A stretch of 37,933 nt of DNA, from IMG/VR virus record IMGVR_UViG_3300017598_000360, positions 1 through 37,933 of that record; one strand, given 5' to 3'. The translations under genes were made by a program, and so were the position numbers. The notes under the pieces are model-generated. The model was not told the origin of the DNA. It saw only the letters and a program-made list of their open reading frames with translations, and searched no databases. Source of the stretch: a virus. Below are positions 25,975-31,966 of the stretch, piece by piece. How positions within the stretch are numbered: the stretch's first letter is position 1; the number at the start of each line of letters is the position of its first letter.

Positions 25975-26507
25975 TTTAGTCTTTCCTTATTTAGTTTATT
26001 GATTAGTGTTTTGTTTTCTCTATAAGCATAAACATTTTTTACGTAGATTTTTCTTTTGTTCCAACAGCTAGTGCATAAAAATGTTTTGTCGAAATGGAGG
26101 TGTAAATCACCCCTGTCATAGATTCGGCCTTCTGTTGTTTGGCAGCTTTCGCACTGAGAAACCATATGTTGCAAACTAACACCAAAATCTCTAGGATATT
26201 TTTCAACAACCTCCCTCGTTCTAACACAAGAATATGGAACAAGATCCTCTTTGGCTCTGTCATATTCAAATCTAGCCCCATTCCATACAGGGCAATTCCA
26301 TTTGCCGTTATGGTAATGGCCTAAGCCAAAATCAAAGATCGAATTAAAGGTTTGATTCGGGTTAAATGAATACCGCTCACAAACCCTGTAAATTAGATCC
26401 CTATCCTTAATCTGGCAAAGGAACCGATTCCTTGATATGCGCGTAAGCATACATTCAACCCTTTCTTTTGGACTCCAAGCATAACCAGGAATATTCCAAC
26501 GCTTCAT
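25944..26507 (-). CDS. Cys/His-rich protein (187 aa) with a C-terminal zinc-ribbon-like CxxC...CxxC
   Basis: ATG 26507; first gene downstream of the 26.5-kb divergent promoter region. CESC(x22)CTSCW followed by a basic tail. Confidence 0.6.
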   Translation of the reverse strand: MKRWNIPGYAWSPKERVECMLTRISRNRFLCQIKDRDLIYRVCERYSFNPNQTFNSIFDFGLGHYHNGKWNCPVWNGARFEYDRAKEDLVPYSCVRTREVVEKYPRDFGVSLQHMVSQCESCQTTEGRIYDRGDLHLHFDKTFLCTSCWNKRKIYVKNVYAYRENKTLINKLNKERLKWQKLKLQAT

Positions 26508-26538
26508 AACCTTCTCGTTGTTTTGTTTCGATGAGTTA

Positions 26539-26567
26539 AATATAGCACCGCTATAATATGGTGTCTA
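26539..26567 (-). promoter_or_regulatory. Sigma70-like promoter for the 25944..26507 operon (TAGACA-17-TGcTATATT)
   Basis: On the minus strand: -35 TAGACA, a 17-nt spacer, and an extended -10 TGcTATATT. The 14-mer GGTGCTATATTTAA is shared with the rightward promoter at 33619..33632. Confidence 0.45.
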
Positions 26568-26617
26568 GTAGAACTATAATTTATTTTTAGCTATACTATA
26601 AAAAACTTGGAGGAATC

Positions 26618-26824
26618 ATGGATACTAGAAAAGAAAGTACGGTTGTTGGAATTATCATGTATTTGGGCGGTCCTGATCGAATGGCCGGAAAGCTCGGGGT
26701 AACAGTGGGGGCTATCAGTCACTGGAAAACTAAAGGGGTTATTCCTGCTGATAGGGCAATTCAAATTGAAGAAATCACAAAAGGTAAATTGAGAGCCGTT
26801 AGAATGCCAAGGGCGAAGTTATGA
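26618..26824 (+). CDS. Cro/YdaS-like HTH regulator (68 aa)
   Basis: Strong GGAGG SD. GGPDRMAGKLGVTVGAISHWKTKGVIPADRAIQIEEITKGKL matches the YdaS/Cro-type HTH as I remember it. Transcribed opposite to its neighbours. Confidence 0.75.
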   Translation: MDTRKESTVVGIIMYLGGPDRMAGKLGVTVGAISHWKTKGVIPADRAIQIEEITKGKLRAVRMPRAKL

Positions 26825-26970
26825 AAGACCCGCTAGTTCTAGTTGATCGCAAAGAAAGCGAGTACCACATGAAGTTAACCCGAGGGCCGGTAACCGTCGA
26901 AGGTAGCGGCCTTGGTTATTTAGATACTTATTACCGATTACTCAAAGAGCTGGAAGAATTGGAGGGTTAG
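26821..26970 (+). CDS. Small protein (49 aa) translationally coupled to the Cro-like gene
   Basis: ATGA overlap. Translation: MKDPLVLVDRKESEYHMKLTRGPVTVEGSGLGYLDTYYRLLKELEELEG. Below the track cutoff. Confidence 0.45.
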   Translation: MKDPLVLVDRKESEYHMKLTRGPVTVEGSGLGYLDTYYRLLKELEELEG

Positions 26971-27098
26971 TCCTCTTCTTCTAGCCTATCTATTGCGTCC
27001 TGGCGTATCTTCTCTAGATACTTTCTGCGCTGCTCTGGCGGCCATCTCTTACTGATAGCTAAGAATATTTCCAATACATTATCTTTAGTCTCTACCAT
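26967..27098 (-). CDS. Small protein (43 aa) downstream of dnaB
   Basis: ATG 27098 overlaps the dnaB stop by 7 nt. Translation: MVETKDNVLEIFLAISKRWPPEQRRKYLEKIRQDAIDRLEEED. Its stop overlaps the stop of the convergent plus-strand ORF by 4 nt. Confidence 0.4.
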   Translation of the reverse strand: MVETKDNVLEIFLAISKRWPPEQRRKYLEKIRQDAIDRLEEED

Positions 27099-28429
27099 AC
27101 CATACCCTTCCTTTTTGGTTCTTCTTGATGCTCGTATATTTCTTCTTCAGTGTGCCTAAATCTGCAATATTGGAACTCGGTTAATAGTGGAATCGTTCCG
27201 GTTTTACCATGCCTTAGCTTTCTAATGATCAATTCGGCTATATGACTCTGCATGTGGTTTGGTGAATAAACAACTTCCCGATACAAGAAGGCGACGATGT
27301 TAGCATCCTGCTCAATAGAACCAGATTGTCTAAGGTCTGATAGCATAGGCCGCTTATCCTGCCGCTTCTCGCACTCTCTGCTCAATTGAGACAACGCAAC
27401 AACTGGGCAATCCATATCCTTGGCTAGTCGCTTCAATCCTCGGGAAACATTCTCCACAACCTCTGTCGGCGTTCCCCCTGGAGCGTCAACCAATTGCAGA
27501 TAATCAACGATAATCAAATCTAGTCCGTGACGCATTTTGATTTGTCGTGATTTACTCCTAATATCTGAAATACTAGCCCCCGCATCATCATCAACAAATA
27601 TACGTTGCTCTGACATTGTGGCTGTAAAATCATTGTATAATCGCCATTCCTCGTCACCGTGAAAGTTAGCTGATAGAACCTTGTCATATAAAAGACCGGA
27701 TCGAGACGCACACATTCGGCCCATTAGCTCATCGGTGGTCATTTCCAGGCTGAAGAACAGAACAGACTTGCCTTGATTGATAACATTGCTAGCCAAGTTT
27801 AGCGCCATATTTGTTTTACCCATCGCAGGACGGGCCGCGATTACTATCAACTCCCCTCCATGCATCCCTTTGCAGTGATCATCTAAAGCGGGGAACCCCG
27901 TTGATGTTCCAGTCAGCCCACCTTTTGAGCTAAAACAAGCCTCCATATGGTCAGTAAAGCTGCTTAGCATCTGTTTGGCATTTAATGGGTCAGTGTTCTT
28001 GCTTTGCTGTAAATCTAAAATAGCTTGTTGTGATTGGCCTATTTTGTCGTCTAGCAATAAATCTCGATCTAAACATATATCGGTTATATGCTGACCTGCA
28101 CCGTAGAGCGCCCGAAGGTCTTCATATTCCTTGACGTTTTCAGCATACGTTTTTATATTCCTTGAGCTTGGAGTGCTCTTTTGTATGGTTGCCAATTGAG
28201 CCAGCCATTCATCTGTAGGGAACTTCTTCTCTAATTCGTCCGCTATGGTGAATAAATCGACCTCTGAGCCGTTTTTATCCAATTCTAATATGCTGGTATA
28301 GATATGCCTGTTTTCTGGCGTATAGAAGCTTTCAGGCGTTAGCATTCCAATTACTTCATGCAAACATGAACCATCAATACAAATCGCACCTATTACCGCA
28401 TGTTCTGAATCAGTGTTAAACATCTTCAT
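27092..28429 (-). CDS. dnaB: Replicative DNA helicase, DnaB family
   Basis: 445 aa. DnaB N-terminal domain (SEHAVIGAICIDG...HIYTSILEL), Walker A (ARPAMGKTN) and Walker B (LIIVDYLQL). ATGA overlap with the initiator gene. Confidence 0.95.
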   Translation of the reverse strand: MKMFNTDSEHAVIGAICIDGSCLHEVIGMLTPESFYTPENRHIYTSILELDKNGSEVDLFTIADELEKKFPTDEWLAQLATIQKSTPSSRNIKTYAENVKEYEDLRALYGAGQHITDICLDRDLLLDDKIGQSQQAILDLQQSKNTDPLNAKQMLSSFTDHMEACFSSKGGLTGTSTGFPALDDHCKGMHGGELIVIAARPAMGKTNMALNLASNVINQGKSVLFFSLEMTTDELMGRMCASRSGLLYDKVLSANFHGDEEWRLYNDFTATMSEQRIFVDDDAGASISDIRSKSRQIKMRHGLDLIIVDYLQLVDAPGGTPTEVVENVSRGLKRLAKDMDCPVVALSQLSRECEKRQDKRPMLSDLRQSGSIEQDANIVAFLYREVVYSPNHMQSHIAELIIRKLRHGKTGTIPLLTEFQYCRFRHTEEEIYEHQEEPKRKGMVW

Positions 28430-29157
28430 TCGTAAGCGCCCTCAATTATTTTTATCATCTTGTTTTGGTTAATCACGAAATCAAAGTCTGCCATCCAACT
28501 ACTTGTTTTGCCCATTAGAAAATTGGATTGACTTACTACTTCAAAGTAACCCTTCCAAAAATCTAGGCTTTGACATTTTATGTCTGATCGCCAAGCAGCT
28601 CCCAAACTCTTTTTCCGTTTATCAGTAAGCTTAGCCACTCTTGGTAATTCCGGTAGTATTTCCATGTATAATTTTGCTATTTGATCATGTGGGCAATTAT
28701 CAACTTTGTTGATTGAGCCGTTAGGCGACAAGTCTTTATTATTGGTTATTGGTTTATGGTTTATGGTTATTGGTTCTTGGTTAGCTTTCGATCCGGTTTC
28801 TTCTGGGTTAGCTGAATTAACCGACTGGGTTTTATCTGGGTTCTTTGGCCTTCCTCCCTTCTTGCCGTTAGCCCTTGCAGCATCAGCCTTTGAGTGATAT
28901 TTGTTTATTTCTTCGTCAGCCCTCTTATTGATCCAGAACCCGTTATCAAGAGTGAAGAAATCAGACAGAACATTGGTAATTTCGTCTATGTTTTCACGCA
29001 TACTAATCAATCTCGCTATCTGATTAACGTCATCAGGCATAGGTGATTCATTGGTATAATAGAGGTCAATTAATCGACGATAGGCTAGGTCTTCTGCGTT
29101 GGTTAAATGCCTTGTTCGCTTGGCATAGTCACCTATGTTGAATTGGTAGTAATGCAT
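28426..29157 (-). CDS. Replication initiator / helicase-loader candidate (DUF1376/YdaU-like N-domain plus phage replication-protein C-domain)
   Basis: MHYYQFNIGDYAKRTRHLTNAEDLAYRRLIDLYY is the DUF1376 opening (from memory). A basic low-complexity linker separates it from the C-terminal domain. Coupled to dnaB. Confidence 0.7.
   Translation of the reverse strand: MHYYQFNIGDYAKRTRHLTNAEDLAYRRLIDLYYTNESPMPDDVNQIARLISMRENIDEITNVLSDFFTLDNGFWINKRADEEINKYHSKADAARANGKKGGRPKNPDKTQSVNSANPEETGSKANQEPITINHKPITNNKDLSPNGSINKVDNCPHDQIAKLYMEILPELPRVAKLTDKRKKSLGAAWRSDIKCQSLDFWKGYFEVVSQSNFLMGKTSSWMADFDFVINQNKMIKIIEGAYE
28741..28782. repeat. 6 x 7-bp tandem repeat (WWTGGTT) inside the initiator gene linker
   Basis: attggtt attggtt tatggtt tatggtt attggtt cttggtt, read directly. 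It encodes ...EPITINHKPITNNK... on the minus strand. Confidence 0.9.
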
Positions 29158-29171
29158 AAATTTTTCCCATT

Positions 29172-29240
29172 AAAAAACCGCTTAGGTCTACACAGTTTCG
29201 GACGGGGGAGAGAAGACCCCCACTATGCAGACCTAAACGG
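29172..29240 (-). terminator. Long compound hairpin plus U6: intrinsic terminator / attenuator or RNase III-type processing site, 14 nt upstream of the initiator ATG
   Basis: Minus-strand RNA is ccguuuaggucugca-uagu-ggggg-ucuucucu-ccccc-guccgaaacug-uguagaccuaagcgg-uuuuuu. The 15-bp outer stem contains two G.U pairs that form only in the minus-strand transcript. Confidence 0.55.
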
Positions 29241-29311
29241 CCTGTTTCTCACTTATGTTTGTTAACTAGGGTCCGACGCCATATCGCTAACAAAGTAATT
29301 GTATCACTGTT

Positions 29312-29575
29312 TTAAAATAAACGCTCTTCTTTGTAATCGCTCAAACTCATTAGCCTGTGCTCTGGCACCATGAAAAACGTGCTTATCTGACCAGGCTTCT
29401 TGTCTTTTTCCATAGCTACCAACCACTCGCCTGTCTGCTTACTCTTGTATCCGACAAACACCTGATCTATAGAGATAAAGTGTTTTACCCTAGATATCAA
29501 TAGCGCTGAGTGGCCTTTGTCTATCTTCGTGGCTGGCGGGCTGTGCTGGTGTCGGTATGGTGGGTATTCAGTCAT
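29312..29575 (-). CDS. Hypothetical protein (87 aa)
   Basis: ATG 29575. 8-nt overlap (ATGACTGA) with the upstream micro-ORF. Confidence 0.6.
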   Translation of the reverse strand: MTEYPPYRHQHSPPATKIDKGHSALLISRVKHFISIDQVFVGYKSKQTGEWLVAMEKDKKPGQISTFFMVPEHRLMSLSDYKEERLF

Positions 29576-29723
29576 CGCGTTGCGCCTTTATTTTCTTAGC
29601 CTTCGATCGGTAATCACACTCCCCTAATGGGGCTTTCTCGTCTTTAGTTGCTGCTGTCCAGATTCCCATTGTACAGACTTTGTACTTCTTGTTGTTGTGG
29701 CTGCAATTGTCGCACGCTTTCAT
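29568..29723 (-). CDS. Small Cys-containing basic protein (51 aa), unannotated in the track
   Basis: ATG 29723 with a GGGAGAG SD. Translation: MKACDNCSHNNKKYKVCTMGIWTAATKDEKAPLGECDYRSKAKKIKAQRDD. First gene after the 29.75-kb promoter. Confidence 0.55.
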   Translation of the reverse strand: MKACDNCSHNNKKYKVCTMGIWTAATKDEKAPLGECDYRSKAKKIKAQRDD

Positions 29724-29736
29724 AGTCTCTCTCCCG

Positions 29737-29799
29737 TTGTTTAATTAAACAATAGTAGAGAATGTCTAGCTGTCAAATATTTAGACATTTAATGTCTAG
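29737..29799 (-). promoter_or_regulatory. Promoter with operator-like repeats: TTGACA-16-TATTGT, a 16-bp perfect palindrome and three AATGTCTA copies
   Basis: Minus-strand -35 TTGACA is the reverse complement of 29771..29776; -10 TATTGT is the reverse complement of 29749..29754. The palindrome TTGTTTAATTAAACAA at 29737..29752 overlaps the -10 and the start site. AATGTCTAG occurs at 29761..29769 and 29791..29799, with an inverted TAGACATT at 29782..29789. Confidence 0.55.
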
Positions 29800-29800
29800 A

Positions 29801-30034
29801 TCACTCATCACCTTCCCCTATAGCCTTTTCGCGCTTATCAAGTTCATCGAAAAATATGTTGGCTAGCTTTATAGATTCTCTGGCTAGTTCATCTGATTCT
29901 ATAGACACACAATCAGGAGATGTAACGTGGTGAACGTACAGCCTCATGGCTAGATCTTCTAGCTTGGTTAGGCCCATATCATCGGCCATCGTTGGATTTG
30001 TTGCCGGTCGTGCCGTTTTATCTCTGTTTCTCAT
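29801..30034 (-). CDS. Hypothetical protein (77 aa)
   Basis: The track start (TTG 30046) was trimmed to ATG 30034, which forms an ATGA overlap with the upstream stop. Confidence 0.55.
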   Translation of the reverse strand: MRNRDKTARPATNPTMADDMGLTKLEDLAMRLYVHHVTSPDCVSIESDELARESIKLANIFFDELDKREKAIGEGDE

Positions 30035-30255
30035 TTCTTCACCCAATTATTGTTAATGCCTACGCACCACGCATAAGCATAAAAGAAGCATAGTATAAAT
30101 ATTCCCCATTGCTCAGATTGATATGAGGAATAGAACCAAAATGGCTGGCCTATAGCGCCAAATAGACAGGCGTAGCGCTTCCACTCGTCGTTGCTCTGCT
30201 GACTTAGCCAAATTGCTGCCACTCCAGTTAGCGCTATCATTATTTGAGATATCAT
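30031..30255 (-). CDS. Small integral membrane protein (74 aa)
   Basis: Hydrophobic segments: ISQIMIALTGVAAIWL, LFGAIGQPFWFY, GIFILCFFYAYAWCV. Confidence 0.6.
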   Translation of the reverse strand: MISQIMIALTGVAAIWLSQQSNDEWKRYACLFGAIGQPFWFYSSYQSEQWGIFILCFFYAYAWCVGINNNWVKK

Positions 30256-30259
30256 TTCT

Positions 30260-30526
30260 CTAATCCTGTAGGTTGGTTAGCCAAGCCCAATCAAGGGCAG
30301 TCTTGCCCTCGTGTTTAAGTAATTTTTGCTTAACAATATCATCTCTACCCTTGTATCGCTTGGCTGCCAACACAGCAACAACAATTTCCATGTCTGCTGC
30401 GCGCTCATTAGCTCCTGATAGCGCTTTTCTAATGCCAATCTGAACAAAATCAGCTACTTGTGCCGCCGCTTCTGGATCACGAGCTATATATTTTTCTACT
30501 AGTGATAAAAATTGATCTCTATTCAT
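30260..30526 (-). CDS. Hypothetical protein (88 aa)
   Basis: ATG start, tight spacing, consistent strand. Confidence 0.55.
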   Translation of the reverse strand: MNRDQFLSLVEKYIARDPEAAAQVADFVQIGIRKALSGANERAADMEIVVAVLAAKRYKGRDDIVKQKLLKHEGKTALDWAWLTNLQD

Positions 30527-30541
30527 AGTATTGCCCTTTGG

Positions 30542-30730
30542 TTAAAATCTGCTGATCTGATCAAGTAGCTGGAAGTCTTTAACGCCCTTCTCTAGCAGCG
30601 TATTTGTGAGCCTAGCCTTTAGTATGTCAAAGCTCTCATCTATCTCACAGCCCCCGCATTCTCCGTCTTCTAACCTCATTTTGTGTTGGACCTTGATTTC
30701 GTCCATTAATACTTTGATGGTCTTATCCAT
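30542..30730 (-). CDS. Hypothetical protein (62 aa)
   Basis: ATG start, consistent strand. Confidence 0.5.
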   Translation of the reverse strand: MDKTIKVLMDEIKVQHKMRLEDGECGGCEIDESFDILKARLTNTLLEKGVKDFQLLDQISRF

Positions 30731-30758
30731 AATAGTTATCCATGTGTTGGTGGGCTGA

Positions 30759-31034
30759 TTAAACGAAACACGCTAGATACTCCTCATCTTCTAACATCCA
30801 GTTTTGCCTTCGAAGCTCTATTGCATCCTCCTTAGTTAGCCCTGCATTAACAAGCTCTTCGGCGTCACATGCATAAATAACCTCATATCCAGACCCCGAA
30901 ATTCCGCTAAGAGGTAAGTATTTGTGGATAATAAGCAAGCCTTTCATGGTGTTGCAGCCTGGTTCGCTCAACCCTTTGCCGCTGTACTCGTCATCCTCAT
31001 CGCTCATAATCTCTATAAATTGCTGTAGTTCCAT
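30759..31034 (-). CDS. Acidic hypothetical protein (91 aa)
   Basis: ATG start. Contains one perfect DnaA-box 9-mer (TGTGGATAA at 30924..30932), which I judge non-significant on its own. Confidence 0.55.
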   Translation of the reverse strand: MELQQFIEIMSDEDDEYSGKGLSEPGCNTMKGLLIIHKYLPLSGISGSGYEVIYACDAEELVNAGLTKEDAIELRRQNWMLEDEEYLACFV

Positions 31035-31046
31035 ATCGTTTACCTG

Positions 31047-31214
31047 CTATTTGATTAGCTTGTACTTGCTTGCCTTAAAATACTTAGATTCTTCAGTTTC
31101 CAGCCTTTTCTCTAGCTCCTTATCAATTGAGAATTTTAATATCCTTAGTTGCTCTGATGTTGATACTTCAAATAGTTCTTTTTTAAGCCTGAAAAATTCG
31201 TTCTTGTTACCCAT
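31047..31214 (-). CDS. Small coiled-coil protein (55 aa), unannotated in the track
   Basis: ATG 31214 is preceded by an in-frame stop. Translation: MGNKNEFFRLKKELFEVSTSEQLRILKFSIDKELEKRLETEESKYFKASKYKLIK. The plus-strand 126-aa ORF 30922..31302 is its antisense shadow. An 8-codon mini-ORF with a strong SD (31232..31206) overlaps its start. Confidence 0.45.
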   Translation of the reverse strand: MGNKNEFFRLKKELFEVSTSEQLRILKFSIDKELEKRLETEESKYFKASKYKLIK

Positions 31215-31386
31215 TTACTTTACCTTTAGACATAGTTACCCCTTTACTCCCTTCTTGATAACCTCAATAGAACCAGCTTATTTCTCCAAGCCATTCTATT
31301 GATCAAGCATTATAGGATTCAGCTCCACCACCGAAGCGGCTCAAGTTATTGACCAGGTTAGTAAAGGGTAAACAATTGCCTGGATT

Positions 31387-31415
31387 TTGGCTTACCAATT
31401 CCTCTAATTGATAAT
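31387..31415 (+). promoter_or_regulatory. Candidate sigma70-like promoter on the plus strand (TTGGCT-17-GATAAT)
   Basis: -35 at 31387..31392, a 17-nt spacer, and -10 at 31410..31415. A weaker alternative is TTGACC (31349..31354)-16-AACAAT. Confidence 0.35.
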
Positions 31416-31496
31416 GTATGCGTTAATGTTCGTTTGTGAACTGTTCCGATTGTTATTTATACCGGGGAGGAAACCGCTAAATCATTCCGGTGTAAA

Positions 31497-31642
31497 GCAG
31501 CATAGAAGAGAGTGCTGGGCCTTCGAAGCGAGAAAACTAGGCTTACTCCCAGATTTCTACACCAGCGCCTCTGCTGCTCCCGAACTACCTCGCTAAAGGT
31601 AACGTGAAGACAGTTAAGAGGTTTTACTCTCATCTATGCTGC
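31497..31642 (+). ncRNA. Candidate structured RNA domain / long 5' leader (strand not proven)
   Basis: gcagcatagaagagagt (31497..31513) pairs with actctcatctatgctgc (31626..31642): 16 bp plus one A.A mismatch, enclosing 112 nt with further local stems (31515..31522 with 31539..31552; 31568..31572 with 31617..31621). No ORF with an SD covers this stretch on either strand. Confidence 0.35.
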
Positions 31643-31686
31643 CTTTGAAACAGCTTTGAATGTGACGCTAACTCACTGAGGGCAAA

Positions 31687-31821
31687 ATGATATTCAATCA
31701 TCACAGTGTTAAGAAGCTATCAGCGCTTGATAAATTCACGATAACGCCACAATCAAAACTGTCTCATATGGGAAAATCACAAAGATTAGTCCCATGTGGA
31801 ACCGAGGCTTGCGAAATATGA
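31687..31821 (+). CDS. Possible 44-aa ORF in the plus-strand cassette
   Basis: ATG 31687 with a GAGGG SD 4 nt upstream. Translation: MIFNHHSVKKLSALDKFTITPQSKLSHMGKSQRLVPCGTEACEI. Confidence 0.3.
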   Translation: MIFNHHSVKKLSALDKFTITPQSKLSHMGKSQRLVPCGTEACEI

Positions 31822-31835
31822 GCAGATTTAATAGA

Positions 31836-31934
31836 ATGAAGTTGTCGAAACGTGGTGTAGATTTGTTTAACTTCTTCTTCGCTATTTTGTCTGCATCATG
31901 GCTCGCCAAAGCCTCGACACAAATTCAATACTAG
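31836..31934 (+). CDS. Possible 32-aa hydrophobic peptide (type I toxin-like or small membrane protein)
   Basis: Translation: MKLSKRGVDLFNFFFAILSASWLAKASTQIQY. Its stop codon lies inside the first arm of the plus-strand terminator. No obvious SD. Confidence 0.3.
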   Translation: MKLSKRGVDLFNFFFAILSASWLAKASTQIQY

Positions 31935-31966
31935 AGGGTTGTTCAGAAATGTTCAACCCTCTTTTT
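31933..31966 (+). terminator. Rho-independent terminator oriented for plus-strand transcription
   Basis: agagggttg (31933..31941), a 12-nt loop, then caaccctct (31954..31962) followed by TTTT AATTT. On the minus strand the same hairpin is followed by agtattgaattt, which is a poor U-tract. Overlaps the stop of the convergent gene 31943..32128. Confidence 0.55.

Noticed and set aside
29178-29240. Possible hammerhead ribozyme: CUG...stem...CGAAAC in the hairpin upstream of the initiator gene.
   Set aside because: The CUGAUGA core is not present (the sequence is CUGCAUAGU with insertions), and the three-helix junction cannot be drawn. It is treated as a terminator or processing hairpin.
30924-30932. 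Perfect DnaA box TGTGGATAA, plus an 8/9 match near 8132.
   Set aside because: These are isolated copies inside coding regions. There is no cluster and no adjacent AT-rich unwinding element.
30922-31302. 126-aa plus-strand ORF.
   Set aside because: It is Ser/Leu-rich and antisense to the 91-aa gene and to the 55-aa minus-strand ORF 31047..31214, which has a clean start and a plausible coiled-coil product.
31519-31530. tRNA-like T-loop (ccTTCGAAgcg) in the noncoding gap.
   Set aside because: No complementary T-stem, acceptor stem or anticodon arm can be drawn.
31408-31596. 62-aa plus-strand ORF in the noncoding gap.
   Set aside because: It has a TTG/ATG start without an SD, begins at or upstream of the predicted transcription start, and runs straight through the long-range helix. 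It is more likely non-coding leader.
31555-31861. 8-bp long-range complementarity: tctacacc at 31555..31562 with ggtgtaga at 31854..31861, inside the 32-aa ORF. This would be a possible fold-back inhibition element.
   Set aside because: An 8-bp match within about 550 nt is expected by chance (my estimate is roughly two such pairs). It is worth revisiting only if covariation supports it.
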